Source: Hormoscilla sp.
GTDB taxonomy: Bacteria > Cyanobacteriota > Cyanobacteriia > Cyanobacteriales > Desertifilaceae
Assembly (NCBI GenBank): GCA_051439505.1
Contig: JBFRWI010000066.1
Coordinates: 1 to 18,262 of the forward strand
Reading direction: 5' to 3'
DNA: 18,262 bases
In this document: piece after piece, positions 16,454 through 18,262 of the stretch
How the letters are laid out: each line of letters starts with the position of its first letter
How positions within the stretch are numbered: position 1 is the first letter of the stretch
The notes under the pieces: model-generated
Databases searched by the model: none
The model's input: the letters and a program-made list of their open reading frames with translations, nothing else
Told to the model about the DNA's origin: nothing
Made by a program: the position numbers and the translations under genes

Positions 16454-18262
16454 CTACTTTCCCGACTCCCCCGCCGATGCTGTCAATGTTTTTTGCACCT
16501 GGGCTAGCTGCTTCTTAATCTTCGGATCGTAAATTCTGGCGTAGTTCCAGTAGTTACCAAATACCGATTTGACATAGCCTTTCGTTTCCCTAAAGGGGAT
16601 GAGTTCGACAAAATCGTCTGGGTCGCGCAAACCAAATCTTTCTACCCATCTGTCCACATTTGACGTTCCCGCATTGTAGCTAGCAACTGCTAACATGGAG
16701 TTGTTTTTATATTGCCAGTGGGTAAAATCCAGATACCAGGTGCCCAGTTGAATGTTGTCATTGGCATTGTTCAATTTGTAGTCGGTGAGATTGATTTGCT
16801 CGGCAATCCATGCTCCCGTCTCTGGCATCACCTGCATTAATCCCGCTGCACCAACATGGGACTCGATCGAGGGCATAAACCTGGATTCTTGACGAATCAA
16901 ACCGACCACCAAGAGAGGATTAAGCTGGTATTCTTCCGACCAGGTTAATATCTGCTCGTGATAGGGAAATGGATAGAGGGCATGCCAATAGGCCGGTTCT
17001 TGCTTGAGCATTTTTACCTGTTCGCGGTCTTCCGGTTCGGAGCGCCAACTGAGGCTATTAATCATAAAAATGCCCTCCAGGTGATCCCCGATCGCCAAAC
17101 GTAAGAGTCCATCTGTAAACTGCTCGGCCACAGTTCTGCCAGAGCGATTGGTAAATTCCACCTGCCACCTTTTCCAGGCATCGGCGTCTTGACCCAACTG
17201 ATAGAGTTCTTTGAGAGCGTCCGAGCCTGCTGGCAATACCGGTCGCACCGGCAGTCGATCTAAATCGGTTCCCAGAGAGCGCACAGTTTTGAAGTCCCCA
17301 ACATCCCAGCCCAATAACACCGCCGATCGCCAAGCATAATAAGACTCAGGGTAACGCGCGATCGCATATGCAAAGGACTGCTGGGCCGCGTCGGTCCGCC
17401 CCAGACGTGAAGCCCATTTCCCCACCCAAAAAGCCGCTTTTGCGGCCAGGGGACTATCTGGGTTTTCCGTCGTCAGCTGCTGCGCCCATTCCCACGCTTC
17501 CGTCAACTCTCCCGCCTGCGCTCGTTTCTGGGCCAGTCTCCATCGCAGCTCAGCGGCCTCGTCAGAATTGCTATATTGGGTCAGGATCGATTCCCGGGCC
17601 ACAAAAGCCGCTTTCGCACTTCCCAGACTACCGAGAACTTTTGATTTCTCCAATAGAGCCTCTGCTGCGAAGTCCGGGAAATTCTTCTGGACTTGTTCGA
17701 GATAGTCTAGGGCATATTTAGGCTCCGATAGTCTTGAGAGGTGAAGCATCCCTCGGGCTGTTATTTGGGCCGCCGGAAACTCTTCTATGAGCTGTTTATA
17801 TGCTCTGATCGCGGCAGTTTTTTTGCCTCCCAGTTGCAGTCCTCTGCCAGCACGGTAACGATTTTCTGGCGTTGCTGGTGCTTTCCTATAGGCGGCACCA
17901 GCTTCTCCGTAAGCTTCCTTCTCCCAATAACCAAAGGCGATCGCTTCCCAATCTGCTGCTGTCAGCCGATCTTGATATTTGCTCACCACCTCATTGAGAA
18001 TCTCGATATAGTCTGGTCTATATTCGGCATGTTTTGCCAATAGCAACAACAGCGGCAGTTTGTCGGTATCCTCCTGTGCTCGGAGGCTATAGACCATTTC
18101 CACTGTACTGGGATGGCCTGGAAACTCTGTCATCGCTTTTGAGTAGTATTTCGGATCTGTCTTCCCCAGCGCCAACAGCGCTTCCGCTGCTACTGGATCT
18201 TGGGAGTACCGACGCAGGATATCTTTCCATGCCCTTTGCGCGCCAGTGCGATCGCCCATTAC
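16454..18262 (-). CDS. slt: Soluble lytic murein transglycosylase with TPR repeats (5' part outside the window)
   Basis: IRQESRF, GAAGLMQVMPET, ASYNAG and IPFRETKGYV Slt motifs. N-terminal TPR helices. Frame is open to the window edge. Confidence 0.92.
   Translation of the reverse strand, partial: VMGDRTGAQRAWKDILRRYSQDPVAAEALLALGKTDPKYYSKAMTEFPGHPSTVEMVYSLRAQEDTDKLPLLLLLAKHAEYRPDYIEILNEVVSKYQDRLTAADWEAIAFGYWEKEAYGEAGAAYRKAPATPENRYRAGRGLQLGGKKTAAIRAYKQLIEEFPAAQITARGMLHLSRLSEPKYALDYLEQVQKNFPDFAAEALLEKSKVLGSLGSAKAAFVARESILTQYSNSDEAAELRWRLAQKRAQAGELTEAWEWAQQLTTENPDSPLAAKAAFWVGKWASRLGRTDAAQQSFAYAIARYPESYYAWRSAVLLGWDVGDFKTVRSLGTDLDRLPVRPVLPAGSDALKELYQLGQDADAWKRWQVEFTNRSGRTVAEQFTDGLLRLAIGDHLEGIFMINSLSWRSEPEDREQVKMLKQEPAYWHALYPFPYHEQILTWSEEYQLNPLLVVGLIRQESRFMPSIESHVGAAGLMQVMPETGAWIAEQINLTDYKLNNANDNIQLGTWYLDFTHWQYKNNSMLAVASYNAGTSNVDRWVERFGLRDPDDFVELIPFRETKGYVKSVFGNYWNYARIYDPKIKKQLAQVQKTLTASAGESGK

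Larger units (their letters stand above)
640..18255. repeat. HIP1 octamer GCGATCGC, dispersed
   Basis: At least 17 copies: 640, 776, 1934, 6051, 6087, 6474, 6725, 8223, 10394, 10862, 12647, 12848, 15144, 15690, 17358, 17937, 18248. Confidence 0.95.

Noticed and set aside
487..18043. Remaining short ORFs overlapping the main genes or repeats (e.g. 487..855, 1754..2062, 2270..2608, 5147..5356, 5459..5698, 6933..7397, 15595..16047, 17368..17721)
   Set aside because: They are antisense or alternate-frame shadows of well-supported genes or repeats, with no recognisable motifs.

Overview
Cyanobacterial chromosomal DNA: at least 17 HIP1 octamers (GCGATCGC), heptamer tandem repeats and typical cyanobacterial gene families. 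Coding content: tldD, a PD-(D/E)xK restriction-like nuclease, an FAD-dependent oxidoreductase, small hypothetical genes, a Na+/solute symporter with its small membrane partner, a GAF-PAS-GGDEF-EAL protein, a thioredoxin-like [2Fe-2S] ferredoxin, a pentapeptide/TPR protein, tatC, a GAF-GAF histidine kinase and a partial TPR-Slt lytic transglycosylase. The intergenic DNA is dense with nested palindromic and MITE-like elements, one with a perfect 10-bp target-site duplication. Gene relics include back-to-back 5'-truncated PIN-like and alpha/beta-hydrolase genes. The most unusual feature is an 800-bp array of 38 alternating 21-bp units (42-bp higher-order period) at 11182-11981. It is neither CRISPR nor an intact gene, shows a codon-position signal of a heptad-coding ancestor, and is followed by a compact stem-loop element. 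No complete novel system can be proven from sequence alone. Family calls come from motif recognition, not database searches.
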